Source of the DNA: Lingula anatina
Lineage: Eukaryota > Animalia > Brachiopoda
DNA: 64,000 bases
Assembly (NCBI GenBank): GCA_051362555.1
Contig: CM120643.1
Location: forward strand, 14,482,644-14,546,643
Direction of reading: 5' to 3'
The translations under genes and the position numbers were made by a program. Position 1 is the stretch's first letter. Each line of letters begins with the position of its first letter. The notes below the pieces were generated by a model. The model had not been told where the DNA came from, searched no databases, and was given only the letters and a program-made list of their open reading frames with translations. Shown here piece by piece: positions 37,509-50,843 of the stretch.

Positions 37509-40500
37509 AAAAATCTCTTTGGCCCAGGTAGCGGATAGGGTAACGTGAATCTGCCCACTTTTGAAATGTTAGATAATATACTGTCAGCCATACATGAACC
37601 CATAGTCATATTTTCGCAAGAAGTTGGGAGTTTGTTTGACATACATACCAAGAGAATGTACTCGTATATCACCGAAAACAACCCCTCAAACAGAATAAAG
37701 CGTATATCACCTCGGCCACATAGCATTTCTAGGTATGTATTGAGTTGCCATGGACAAACTGAGGTGTTGTTTGTAAGTAGGAAATCTCTTGATTCTGATA
37801 TGTTGAAAAGAAGAGGCTAAAAAGGTTTCAAATGTGGCAGAATAATAAACAAGTCGTTTACGAAATCTGGCCCTTTTTACCACAATGGCACTGTATTCAC
37901 TCGTAACAAGGTGTTTTTAACCTATTACGTAAGTCGTTCCCATATTGTAAATTATGATAATAAACAACGACAATAATAGATGTAAGTATTTATATTCATT
38001 CGATTTATATAAAAATATATCGTGACTGCTGCCTGAGCTCCTATTTCATTACGAAAAAGGGAAATAATAGAAAAGAAAAGATTTACTAAGGAAGATAAAG
38101 AAGCACAAAAAAAAAGAAAGAAAGAAAGAAATACAAACCCCATGCTACATTTAAAAATCTTAAGGGCACCTACTTTTGGATGTTTTTGGTTCAAAAATCG
38201 CATTTTATTTTATTGGTGATCTTTTTATCTTTTATTTTAACCTCGGCCCCTAGGACATCGCTGGTCGTTTTTTGTCTTTTTTATTGCCTAGTTTCCTTTT
38301 CAAGCCCAGTTCTGATGCTTGTCCATACCAGAGGAATATAAGATTTCGAGGAACACTTTCAAGAAGTAAGATATTCAATTACTGCCGTGAACCCTAAGTT
38401 GCATGAGAAAAACGCTCTGCGGCAAACGCATTCCAGTTACATTTTCCCAATATGTCAAGTAAGCGGACAGTAATGCACGAACAGTTGCGTGCACGTTCAA
38501 GCATATATCATGCCAAATTGCTGTTTACATCTTTTCAAATTTACCACGCAAACAAATCAATCAACTGAGTATTTAGAAGTTTATTTTTCAGCAGTGTGTC
38601 CTTGTAAAACTCATCTAAACAGCTGCACCCTCACAAGTAAACCTTCGGTTTTTTTGTGGAAATAGCCCCCTCATACAAAGTTTAGACTGGTGCGTTTTAC
38701 TGGCAATAATTAAAAGACGTTTCTATAAGGTTTGTCTGATCTTTTTACTGACTGAAATTAATTGAAAAAAATGCAACAACATGATAATGTTCTGTAATGC
38801 TGGACATTTTGTTATAGACGCTTTATTCACTGTAGTGTATACATCTACGTTTGTAGATGAAAATGTAAAATAGAAATGTAATAACAAATAAGTATGCTAT
38901 TAACCAATGATATACTGTGACTATTCCTAACATGATTAATCCCCAAGTTACTCTTACTTCTCGATTGCCAGAAGATGCAGCTGTCATCTGGATCTCTCCG
39001 ACCAAAGGCATACTAAGCTAATGCAGTCAGGGTTTCTTTTTCTTGGCATTTCATAATAATGGCAAACTTTTCATCCATTGTTATTTGGCCGAAGTTTATT
39101 TAGCGATATGTCAATGCCTGGCACAGTGTGGTTTGCATGACGTTGTAGAGGGGGGGCACGTTGTGAGAAAGTGTCATATGATGCCTGCTTCAGTCTTGAA
39201 ATAGTACGTACTTCCTCGTACTAACTTCACCCAACGAGAAAGTTGACATTTTTCCGTAATATTAAGGCAAAAGAGGATTCAAAAGTGAAATCAACAGAAA
39301 GAAATTAGCTAATAAGTAAACAGTGTGTCTGCCTTACTCTTGTGAGTGTTGCGCACTTGTGAGATATTCGCCCCACAGAAGTGCGCGTGACAATAAGGAC
39401 ACTTTCACGCATTTTATCCCAGCGAACGATACTGCTGCCCTCTACTACGCTTTCCAGTTGGCTTTTTTTTCTCAGCAGACACGTTATTTTTCATAAGACA
39501 AGATCAGTGATTTTATTTCATCCAGGAGTTGCTCTCTGTCCATTATATGTAGTACATCAAACATGGTGCCTAAACATAAATATAAATAACGTAAACCCAT
39601 AATAAATACGCTTTATCAACACTAGTGGGGTTCAAAAAAAAACTTTAGAATATTTATAAGTACTCACAGCAGTCCCAAATTACTGAAATGTATACCGTGG
39701 TCAAGAATTCTCTTTAGACAAAATAGTAACACCAGAAGTATTCAAACAAAATTTAATATGACAGCCTCAATATCTGCATATATACTTTTGGAAAATACGG
39801 TCGAGTTGCATTTGGGGTCTTTATTCGTTTCTTATCCTTCTTCTTTATTTTTTCGTTTCGATTAATTGTCTATTTTTCTATGTATTTAAAAATCTGCCAG
39901 TTGCTCGTTCTCTTGGCAACACCAGTTAAACACAAATTGCAACTTCCCCCACATGCATTGAGTTAATTACATAAATGACTTTTATAAGAATTATTTCCAA
40001 AGTCATTAGGTATGGCATGCTCTTACTGGTCTATTTTATAATGAAATGTTCACAGTTCATGTGCTTTAGTATACACGACGATTTTACCTGACAAATATCA
40101 TTGACAAATTGCGTGCATTCCCTTCTAGGAGGTGACAAGGGTCTTATTGGGAGTGAGAAACAAAATGGGTGAAAAGAAGTGGTTGGCAACATGCTGATAA
40201 GATGAAAGCAGGCACGACGACCTTAAGTCGTGCTAGATGCTAGATGTGCTTGGCACCCAACGACAATTTACTTTACCAATCTAAAACACTCTTATTTTAC
40301 TTATTTTTTCCTAGCTTGGTGGAATATCATATCTGTTCCACAACAGATGAAAAATACAAAAAATACACAATAATAGAGACTCATGTGCACTCTTGAAATA
40401 GGTAAGGCCAAAGAGAAGTGAAAATAAGTTTAACAAAGAGAGGGGGGAGGGCGTGTAATGTAATGCATTGCAGCATGGTTCCAATTCAACAAGATTAAGT

Positions 40501-40992
40501 ACTGAATGTCCAACATATGTCTAATTAACTACATTGACAGCCAGGGTTATATCTCACTTGTCAATCACCAAGTAATGCACTTTTTCAGTGTCGTATAATC
40601 ACTGTGAGCTTTGTATTGTGAATTTTGTTGATCCGAAATCGATAATGAAAAATAGAAGATTACACGCCATTGAGTTTAGGCAGTCGGATCATTGCCTTCC
40701 TGCATTAAATGCCCCAAAGTCACGACAAAATATCGTACGAGAGTTTAAGATTAAACAGGCAGGCTTTTCTCCAGTTGTTCCCCTATCCCATTAAATGGTA
40801 AAAATATCCCATTTCTTTGAAAGCATATTTATTACAGTCCAATATTTGGTGTTTACCAACACGACAATATGACTTTGCTCCAATGTTGAGTAAACACAAA
40901 CCAAAACCTAAATAATGATTTACTGAGTTTTAATTTAATACCTAAAGCGCATGCAAACTTTATACCATAATTTCACTCGTGACCATATAAAA

Positions 40993-41250
40993 TGACCTCC
41001 GCCAAGGCGGTTATGTTTTATTTTCCCTTGGTTTGTTAGTTTTAACTAAAACAGCCTAACTCAAAACGTTTAGGACGGATTCTGATAACATTTTCACGAT
41101 ATGCCAGAAATGGCCTAAATTAGAATTGATTTGCTTTTGGAGTTGATCCATTATTTAATTAATTGATTGGTTAATTAATTAATTAATTAGATTAATAATA
41201 ATGTTACTAACTGAGGTGCCTTGACGGAGGTCGACTGCGCTGTTCGAGTT
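40993..41250 (+). mobile_element. Non-autonomous element with subterminal inverted repeats (DINE/Helentron- or Crypton-like)
   Basis: ACCTCCGCCAAGG (40995) ... CCTTGACGGAGGT (41219) inverted pair. Followed by GGTTATGTTTT and core AACTCAAAACG..GGACGGATT, which resembles a widespread aquatic-animal repeat as I recall it. Superfamily uncertain. Confidence 0.6.
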
Positions 41251-41786
41251 CACTGCCACCTAGCATTATATCTGTAGCATTTCAATTAAGTATTTTTTTT
41301 GTTTTGTTTTGATAGAAACAAGATACTTTCCATTAAAACAAAAAATAAGTGCTTACTCCAAAATACAAGATACTTATAAGAAGCAGATTATTAAACATAG
41401 ATTACTAGTTCAGGTGCGTGTATGTGATTAGTAAATGATATAAAGTTACCGTATGAGGTTTTTCCAAAAACATATAAGTAATGATACACGAATTTGACGT
41501 ACACAAACATATCTTAATTTCTCAATGTTATTTTTATTACAATGCTGTGCTCGTTTGAAAGATTTGCTACTGTTTTAATTATTGCCAACCGATAAAATGT
41601 TGTTACAAACAAGTATATATATTTATAAGTATATACTTATTGTAAATGGTCAAAGTAATGCTCATATCCCTGATACGCCTCACGTGCATTTATTAACAAA
41701 GTATATAAGAATAGCTCGATGCTAACGATTTTGTGTTCTAATTTGTTTGCCACACTACTGCCTTCCGTTAAGCAACGAAAGTAACG

Positions 41787-44700
41787 TTACTGATACGGGT
41801 ATCCCCTGACTTGGTTCCTGGCCTGCTGTCCAACACCGCTGTTCATCTTGTTAGACCTCATTACGTAGGAAGGGACAGTTATCCCATTCGTTGAGGCACC
41901 GTTGTTGTTTCCCACTTGTTTCTTTTGGGAGTTGTTCCCAGAGTTACCACTGGAGTATCCAGGCGTATTGGAGTCGTAACCAGGAGTAGTTGGGCCATAC
42001 GACGGACCATTTCCGTTCCCAGAATTGCCGTAAGACGAGGACATACCATTTCCAGAGTTCATTGGTTTGTAACCATTAGAATTTGGGGGATACGATGGAC
42101 CATTTCCGTTCCCAGAGTTACCCCCATTTGACATCTTCATCATTGAATCACCATTGGTGCCATATCCAGTCATTTTGGGTGGATAACTATTAGGAGCTTT
42201 GTTTTGACCGTTAGACGATGACATACCATTTCCAGAGTTCATTGGTTTGTAACCATTAGAATTTGGAGGATAGGATGGACCATTTCCGTTCACAGAGTTG
42301 CGCCCATTCGACATCTTCATCATTGAATCACCATTAGTGCTGTATCCAGTCATTTTGGGTGGATAACTATTGGGAGCTTTGTTTTGACCGTTAGACGAGG
42401 ACATACCATTTCCAGAGTTCATTGGTTTGTAACCATTAGAATTTGGGGGATACGATGGACCATTTCCATTCCCAAAGTTACCCCCATTTGACATCTTCAT
42501 CATTGAATCACCATTGGTGCCGTATCCAGTCATTTTGGGTTTATAACTGTTAGGAGCTTTGTTTTGGCCGTTCGACGAGGACATACCATTTCCAGAGTTC
42601 ATGGGTTTGTAACCATTAGAATTTGGGGGATAGGATGGACCATTTCCGTTCACAGAGTTGCGCCCATTCGACATCTTCATCATTGAATCACCATTAGTGC
42701 TGTATCCAGTTATTTTGGGTGGATAACTATTAGAGGCTTTGTTTTGGCCGTTAGACGATGGCATACCATTTCCAGAGTTCATTGGTTTGTAACCATTAGA
42801 ATTTGGGGGATACGATGGACCATTTCCATTCCCAGAGTTACCCCCATTTGACATCTTCATCATTGAATCACCATTGGTGCCGTATCCAGTCATTTTGGGT
42901 TTATAACTGTTATGAGCTTTGTTTTGGCCGTTCGACGAGGACATACCATTTCCAGAGTTCATGGGTTTGTAACCATTTGAATTTGGGGGATAGGATGGAC
43001 CATTTCCGTTCACAGAGTTGCGCCCATTCGACTTCTTCATCATTGAATCACCATTAGTGCTGTATCCAGTCATTTTGGGTGGATAACTATTAGAGGCTTT
43101 GTTTTGGCCATTAGACGATGGCATACCATTTCCAGAGTTCATTGGTTTGTAACCATTAGAATTTGGGGGGTAGGATAGACCATTTCCATTCCCAGAATTG
43201 CGCCCATTTAACATCTTCTTCATTGAATCACCATTGGTGCCATATCCAGTCATTTTGGGTTTATAACTATTAGGGGCTTTGTTTTGGCCGTTAGACGATG
43301 ACATACCATTTCCAGAGTTCATTGATTTGTGCCCATTAGAATTTGGGGGATAGGATAGACCATTTCCATTCCCAGAGTTGAGCCCATTTAACATCTTCTT
43401 CATCATTGAATCACCATTGGTGCCGTATCCAGTCATTTGTGGTTTATAACTATTAGGGGCTTTGTTTTGGCCGTTAGACGATGACATACCATTTCCAGAG
43501 TTCATTGATTTGTGCCCATTAGAATTTGGGGGATAGGATAGACCATTTCCATTCCCAGAGTTGAGCCCATTTAACATCTTCTTCATCATTGAATCACCAT
43601 TGGTGCCGTATCCAGTCATTTGTGGTTTATAACTATTAGGGGCTTTGTTTTGGCCGTTAGACGAGGTCATACCATTTCCAGAGTTCATTGATTTGTGCCC
43701 ATTAGAATTTGGGGGATAGGATGGACCATTTCCATTCCCAGAATTGCGCCCATTGGACATCTTCATCATTGAATCACCATTGGTGCCGTATCCAGTCATT
43801 TGTGGTTTATAACTATTAGGGGCTTTGTTTTGGCCGTTCGACGATGACTTACCATTTCCAGAGTTACTTGATTTGTGCCCATTAGAATTTGGGGGGTAGG
43901 ATAGACCATTTCCATTCCCAGAGTTGCGCCCATTCGACATCTTCATCATTGAATCACCATTGGTGCCATATCCAGTCATTTTGGGTTTATAACTATTGGG
44001 GGCTTTGTTTTGGCCGTTAGACGATAACATACCATTTCCAGAGTTCATTGATTTGTGTCCATTAGAATTTGGGGGGTAGGATAAACCATTTCCATTTCCA
44101 GAGTTGCGCCCATTCGACATCTTCATCATTGAATCACCATTGGTGCCGTATCCAGTCATTTTGGGTTTATAACTATTGGGGGCTTTGTTTTGGCCGTTAG
44201 ACGATGACATACCATTTCCAGAGTTCATTGATTTGTGCCCATTAGAATTTGGAGGATAGGACAGACCATTTCCATTCCCAGAATTGCGCCCATTTGACAT
44301 CTTCATCATTGAATCACCATTGGTGCCGTATCCAGTCATCATTGAATTGCCAGCGGTGCTGTATCCCTTTAATTTAGGTATGTAACCATACAATGTTTTA
44401 GGCTTACCGTTATCGTTAGCGGTTTTAGATTGACCGTTAGACGATGACATCCCATTTCCAGAGGGCATGGGCTTGTTCCCATTAGAATTTGGGGGGTACG
44501 AAGGACCATTGCCATTCCCAGAGTTGCGCCCATTTGACATCTTCATCATTGAATCACCATTTGTGCCGTATCCAGTCATCTTGGGTTTGTTACCATTCAT
44601 TATTTTAGGCTGATAGTAACTTGGAGTCATTGAATCGTAGCCCTCAGTTGTTGGGCCGTATGTCATGGAATCGTAGCCACTAGTTGTTGGACCGTTATAT

Positions 44701-47036
44701 ACATTACTGTCATACCCAGTTGACTTCATTTGGGAATCCTCGTATCCAATCATTTTTGGTTTACCGTTCGACGAGGTACTGCCATAGCTTGGAGTGGTGG
44801 AATCATACCCATTAGTAGGTGGTTGGTAGTAGTTGTTGTTGCCTTGTTGGGTCTGCCTTTGTGTATCGTAAGAAGATGGCGGGTAGCCATATCGTAGTCC
44901 ACGTTCGCCTAGGCATTGCTTCGGCTTTGTGACGATATAGACGTTGTTGCAGCAATCTTGGGTGGAAAGTGTGTAAACCTTTTCATTGCAGCATCCCTCT
45001 AAACTAGTGTCATACTGGCCATCGCCACAACTGGAATGAAGAATATTAAGGGGGAGTCAATAAAATTATGAAAATGCAACTGTTCTAATTTTCTATTTAA
45101 ATATAATAAACCTTCCTAACGTCCAGCAACGTCCAGTATTTTTTTTTTTTTTTGGGGGGGGGGAGGGAGAGAGAAAATACCGTTTTCAGTTTTAAGGTTC
45201 TCTTTAGCACCAGGACAACTTCAGTGCATCTAAATGATTTAAAAGGCAATATAAAGCTTGGAAAAAAACACTGTCAAATGATATCACAAGGTCATCTATT
45301 ATGATATCCTTCGGATTTTTCCGGCTTTCCTTTGAAATCACTCCAAATGGGATTTTCACTTCAAAAAGTGATAACTTACAAGCAAACAATTTCCCCTTTA
45401 AGGTTATTTCACGGACAGCCCTTTTCTTGTGGCGCGTTAAAGTATGTATTTTATTAATGTTGTTGTTCATAAAAATGGACTCTTTTGTCACTTTTATATA
45501 TTTTGAGTACACTGTAAGTGAGTTCCTAAAAGGGATTTGATAATAAGCAGGAATAAGTTTTGACAATTGGAGAGATTTCAGTGTCCCTTGCAATGCTTAC
45601 AAAAACCCAGGATGGGAGGAAAAAGGTTTTATACCCGTAAGCCTTACAAACTATAAAGTAGATTGAAACCTAAAACATTATAATTGCAATGTGATTAGAA
45701 TAAATTACCTTCCCATATATATGTATGGATCAACAACTTCATATCCATATCCGTACCTGCTGGAAGGACCATTGGTGTTTCCATAGCCATTGGAGTCTCC
45801 GTTGCCATTACTGCCATAGGGGTCTTGGGTGTCTCCATAGCCATTGGAGTCTCCGTTGCCATTACTGCCATATGGGTCTTGAGTGTCTCCATAGCCATTG
45901 GAGTCTCCGTTGCCATTACTGCCATAGGGGTCTTGGGTGTCTCCATAGCCATTCGAGTCTCCGTTGCCATTACTGCCATATGGGTCTTGGGTGTCTCCAT
46001 AGCCATTGGAGTCTCCGTTGCCATTGCTGCCATATGGGTCTTGGGTGTCTCCATAGCCATTGGAGTCTCCGTTGCCATTGCTGCCATATGGGTCTTGGGT
46101 GTCTCCATAGCCATTGGAGTCTCCGTTGCCATTGCTGCCATAGGGGTCTTGGGTGTCTCCATAGCCATTGGAGTCCCCGTTGCCGTTGCTGCCATAGGGG
46201 TCTTGGGTGTCTCCATAGCCATTGGAGTCCCCGTTGCCATTACTGCCATAGGGGTCTTGAGTGTCTCCATAGCCATTGGAGTCTCCGTTGCCATTACTGC
46301 CATATGGGTCTTGGGTGTCTCCATAGCCATTGGAGTCTCCATTGCCATTACTGCTATATGGGTCTTGGGTGTCTCCATAGCCATTGGAGTCTCCGTTGCC
46401 ATTACTGCTATATGGGTCTTGGGTGTCTCCATAGCCATCACTGCCATATGGGTCTTGGGTGTCTCCATAGCCATCACTGCCATAGGGGTCTTGGGTGTCT
46501 CCATAGCCATCACTGCCATAGGGGTCTTGGGTATCTCCATAGCCATTTGAGTCCCCATTGCCATTACTGCTATATGGGTCTTGGGTGTCTCCATAGCCAT
46601 CATTGCCATATGGGTCTTCTGTGTCACCATAACCATTGGAGTCTCCGTTGTCATTACTGCTATATGGGTCTTGGGAGTCTCCATAGCCATTACTGCCATA
46701 GGGGTCTTCTGTGTCTCCATAGCCATTGGAGTCTCCGTTGCCATTACTGCTATATGGGTCTTGGGTGTCTCCATAGCCATCACTGCCATATGGGTCTTCT
46801 GTGTCACCATAACCATTGGAGTCTCCGTTGTCATCACTGCCATAAGGGTCTTGGGTGTCTCCATAGCCATTGGAGTCTCCGTTGCTATATGGGTCTTGGG
46901 TGTCTCCATAGCTTGACGAACTGCCATAGCTGCTAGAGTCAACGTAGCGAGCCTGGGAACCGCCCGAATGCTTTGACCATGGTGCACTGAATAGTGCTAT
47001 GGCAACAAGCAGCATGCGCGCATGCCCTGCTGTCAT
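41787..47036 (-). CDS. Cluster gene D: secreted diblock repeat protein (acidic 18-aa repeats, one galaxin-like module, basic 60-aa repeats), ~1,523 aa
   Basis: complement join(47036-45709,45030-41787) = 4572 nt. Donor AG|GTAAT, acceptor TTCCAG|T TGT GGC, phase 2. The exon-2 start CGDGQYDTSLEGCCNEKVYTLSTQDCCNNVYIVTKPKQC reads without a stop into the 988-aa ORF. Signal peptide MTAGHARMLLVAIALFSAPWS. Confidence 0.88.
41990..44590 (-). repeat. Coding tandem repeat, 180-nt (60-aa) unit, ~14 copies
   Basis: Unit KMTGYGTNGDSMMKMSNGRNSGNGNGPSYPPNSNGYKPMNSGNGMSSSNGQNKAPNSYKP. Near-identical text recurs at 42061, 42241 and 42421. Confidence 0.95.
45780..46915 (-). repeat. Coding tandem repeat, 54-nt (18-aa) and 36-nt (12-aa) units
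   Basis: Units GDTQDPYGSNGNGDSNGY and GDTQDPYGSDGY. Confidence 0.95.
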
Positions 47037-47088
47037 GGCTACGGTTTGGGGTATTGGTGGAGAGTGGCGATCCGTTGTTCTACGACTG

Positions 47089-47096
47089 CTTTTATA
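47089..47096 (-). promoter_or_regulatory. TATA box of gene D
   Basis: Minus-strand consensus TATAAAAG, ~55-60 nt upstream of the ATG at 47036. Confidence 0.65.
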
Positions 47097-49687
47097 GCCA
47101 GAGGCGTAAATTATTAATGCGTCTAGTCATATATTATAGATAACGAGTTAAAAGGGCAGCTTTCCCACAGCCCACTTTTTATCGGTTTTCTATCAATGCC
47201 ATTTAACTGTTATATTGCAAATGTCACAATATAGCGGTTTTGATAGCAAACATGTTCACGTCACTTCAAATTGGATTTTTATGGAACATGTAATGGCTAG
47301 TATGTGCAAATACTATACCATCAAACCTACACTGAAATGTTTGTTTTTATTTAAAATTGACTGATAGTTGTTTCTCAAAATCTCTGCTTCTCTAATACAA
47401 AGAGCAAACCTTACAAAAAAGAGGGAGAAAGAAAAGATTAGTTTAAGAACTGCATGTACAGAGGCATTGCACAAACCTATAATTGCACCAATTTCCCAAA
47501 TATCTCCTAAGGATTTAGAGTGGTGTAGTGGCAAAACAAAAAATCATTTTCTTATTGATTACCGGGGTCCAGCAGTTATACTGTCATATCTTATGGACTG
47601 TTGAACCAAAGTCTGATTGTCTTCTATTCTTGTTAAGTGAACTATTTATAATGAATACATTCGTATGCTTTGTACCTTTGTGCGTTTCTTAAAATTGCCT
47701 GGAATGGACCGGTAAATTGTCATAGAACATATGTTTCACACATTTCTTGGCTGATTTTTCTTATTTCACGAAGCGTCAACACGTGAATTGTTAAAACCTG
47801 TTTGAATAATAAGATATAAACCTCATGTCATCAGGGGGTGATCTGTTATGTTAGAATGGCGCCATTTAGATTGACAACCTCCCACTAAATGCATAATGAT
47901 TACAGAAAAGAGAAAGGCGGTTTCTTGATAAAACCTAACATGACTTATATGCAACAGCAGAACATCACGCCCCTTTTCTCAGTTTCTTCTCCATAATTCA
48001 AACGTGAGAGCAACTCTTGATCAAATATGTACAACCTTCAAAAAAAAAAAGGATTGGTTAAAAGTTGTTGTCATCGACTTTTATATGGGACGCAATTGAA
48101 AAATCCAAAGCAGATAAATATCCAATTATTCGTTTTTTAAAAAAACTTATTTTTATATACGATATCTGTTTTTACGTCTGACATCACATTACTAGCTTTG
48201 GCTCATTAAATTAGGGTTCTCTACGTGGTTGGTGGGCGGCCCCTTGTGCAAATGACATAGTGTATAAATACTAAGCGGACTGCGTAAGTTTTCTTAGCTG
48301 TGACATAAATGGTAGTCCACTATAGAAGCGATGTCCTTTTGCCATTACTCTTTATTGATAACGCAATATGCTGGCCTAGATACGTCAGGCAAACCAACCT
48401 GTACGTATCAAATGGGACACTGGACTTTTGCATGTATCCCTAGGACTACTTTTCTTATCACGCTGGCTTTACAATTTAATGCCGGACTTTTTTTGGATCT
48501 ACTTCAAATCTTGGCACTATTTCACATCCCTGAGAAGCATGCAACTCATCCAGAATTACTAGTACCACCACGAAAAGGTTATTGTAGAAGCCTTTTTAAA
48601 TAAACCACATCTTTAACAACCTTTTTTTTTACATAGAAAAATTGAGTTTCGTCGCACTATATTGTGAAAATCACTTTGAAACCATGTCGGTTACGTATCT
48701 TCAAATGACGTGTTTACAAATTATGTCACATCTAATTCTTTTTGGGGCTGGGGGAGAGGGGCGTGAAAACGTTATTTTGTATCGAGGGTCACATGTTATG
48801 GGAGGCACACGCAAGGACAAAATAAGCTCTGTGTAATCTAATTTACTATCTTGATATATTTTGCCTTGACCATTTTGCCATACATTCCCGTAACTCCGCG
48901 TTAAATTTTAGCATAAATTATCGAGAAATTTGCATTTACTATGAGTCATTTCTTCTAACTGTGGGGCAATACACTGTCTTAGCTTGCGTCGATGCCTCCC
49001 GAAGAAGACTTTACTTCGTAATTGTTTAAATTTACCATTTCACATGGAATTGTAAACGTTTCTTGAGTAAAAATGAAGCCTGAGACTGTATTTCAACGCG
49101 TTGAAACGGTGTCACGTGGTGCCCAACAATACCATTTTGTTTTGACTTATTCTGTGAGTCAACTGACCTTTATGGCCGTCTGACAAAATTGTTATTTCAT
49201 TTGTTGCTGGGTTTTCTCTCATCAAGAAAATAAAAGAAAAGAAAATTGAAACGATATATATGTAATGCAGGTACTTTAATGCGGGTCATCAAACGCATGG
49301 GAATAAATTGCTCGTACAAATTGTTTTCGGCAGTAGAACAGGGAAAAGGAAACACGTTGGCCGTGTACAAAAATTGTATCCATTACTTACACTCACATGA
49401 AAAGTTGGCTTTGACAGTCATTAAAGCATTTAGACGTTAAAACGTCATTCTCATTAAACAGTGTCAACAATTGGAATGAACACGGAAAATAAATGACACT
49501 TTGATAATAAGATTTTCAACAGCAAGAAAGAAATAGCGTTTTACTACCTTAAGTATTTTGAATTATAGATTTTAACCGCTTTACCGATCTTTATTAGAAA
49601 AAAGTTCTATATTTTGTTCCAAGTCACACAACACAATACGAGTTTCAATCAATATAAGATTTCTCTGAATTTGAAAGGCCTTTTTAC

Positions 49688-49917
49688 TAAAACCCCGTTC
49701 ACGTTGGTCGGCGTCCTTTCTACGTGCTTTGTGCGTCCATGAAACTGACATCGCTGCGGTCGTAAAAAGGAGGCACAAGCATCCTTTTGGTTGCAGAATA
49801 AATGCTCAATGATTGGCCAGTTGTCGGCACGTAAAGTATTATTTTTTCACTCTCAAACCGGGCCGTACTACGGGACGCAGAAAGGACGCCGTCCAGTTAA
49901 GTGTAAAGGGGGCTTAA
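49688..49917. mobile_element. MITE family 2, copy 2
   Basis: Degenerate TIRs ending GGACGCAGAAAGGACGCCGTCCAG...TGTAAAGGGGGCTTAA. The interior is the reverse complement of 15067-15277. Confidence 0.75.
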
Positions 49918-50460
49918 AGGACCTGTGGACCAAGAAGTTACCTAAGACTTGGGGCACTCTGAGTAGGGGCGCGTTGGTCATTCCCCTCCACCGCGAAGTG
50001 CATTTCTACATACAAAGTGCATTTCTATCTACAAAGATCAATCAAAATATTTGAGTCGTTTAAGATTTAAAAAAAATAACGATCAGAAATTAGTTTCTTT
50101 TTATTGTTCACTGCAGGTTATGAGGTCTTTGACCACTGCCATTCCTAGCGCACTTTGTATAATTTATCGAATATCTGTCAATATATTTCATCAGGCCATG
50201 TGCCAATTGTGAAACTGATGAGTCGGAGCACGCCATACCACATACAAAAAACTACGATTAAACACGCGAGATCACAGCCTTTGAATGTCGTTGGGATAAG
50301 AATAATGTTTTTTCTAGAGATAACCAGGTGTAACGTTTGTGTTTTCAAACCTTTTCAAATGCATTGTTAGATAAGACACCTGTCTTCGGATCATATACAG
50401 TTGTCATGAAATACCATTATATTCGACAGTAAACGTAGTCGTGTTAAGTACGCATGTTAC

Positions 50461-50740
50461 CAGGGGCGGATCCAGGATTATTTGAAGGGGGGTCCAGTTT
50501 TTAGGAATGACAGGTCACTGATCAATGCAAAGTTGACCTCGCCCCACCCTGCCCTGCCCCAGCGTGGGGTTCAGCGGGCCCCGAAAGTTTTTGGCATTTT
50601 AGAGGTCGAACGGTATCTTTTAGTACAGTTTAGCACGATGATTCAGCTAGTCAAAATTCTAATTTCAAGAGGGGACCATTGGTGTGATTTTTTTCAGAAA
50701 TCGAAGAGGGGTGGATCAGGACCCCCCCAAATCCGCCACT
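50461..50740. mobile_element. MITE with CAGGGGCGGATCC ... AATCCGCCACTG ends (family-1-like TIRs, different interior)
   Basis: Terminal inverted repeats. Flanks TGTTAC / TGTCAC resemble a TSD. Confidence 0.7.
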
Positions 50741-50748
50741 GTGTCACG

Positions 50749-50843
50749 ATTACTGATTTAAACCAGGGGCGCAGACTTACATATACACTGTATATAAGGA
50801 ATGCATGTTTGTCTCTAGATTTTTTTCAGTTAGAGAGAGAAAA
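50749..50843 (+). repeat. ~95-bp dispersed direct repeat (second copy ~54073-54171)
   Basis: ttactgatttaaaccaggg...acactgtatat...catgtttgtctctagatt...cagttagagagagaaaac is present in both places. Confidence 0.75.

Noticed and set aside
41787-44753. The 988-aa ORF as a stand-alone gene
   Set aside because: It has no signal peptide. The frame stays open upstream through a Cys module to an acceptor at 45031, so it is exon 2 of gene D.
32640-46915. CRISPR-like or satellite interpretation of the tandem arrays
   Set aside because: The DNA is eukaryotic, there are no unique spacers, and unit lengths are multiples of three with frequent synonymous variation, so these are coding repeats.
45695-46987. 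Long alternative-frame and antisense ORFs (METPK-rich 430 aa, His/Cys-rich 403 aa, hydrophobic 241 aa)
   Set aside because: Shadows of the 54-nt coding repeat. A unit without stops keeps several frames open. Only the Asp-rich frame has a signal peptide, a TATA box and an in-phase splice.
20800-47200. Shared TATCAA and TTAATGCG words upstream of genes A-D as a common cis-element
   Set aside because: Words this short are expected by chance in AT-rich DNA. Motif enrichment against background would be needed.
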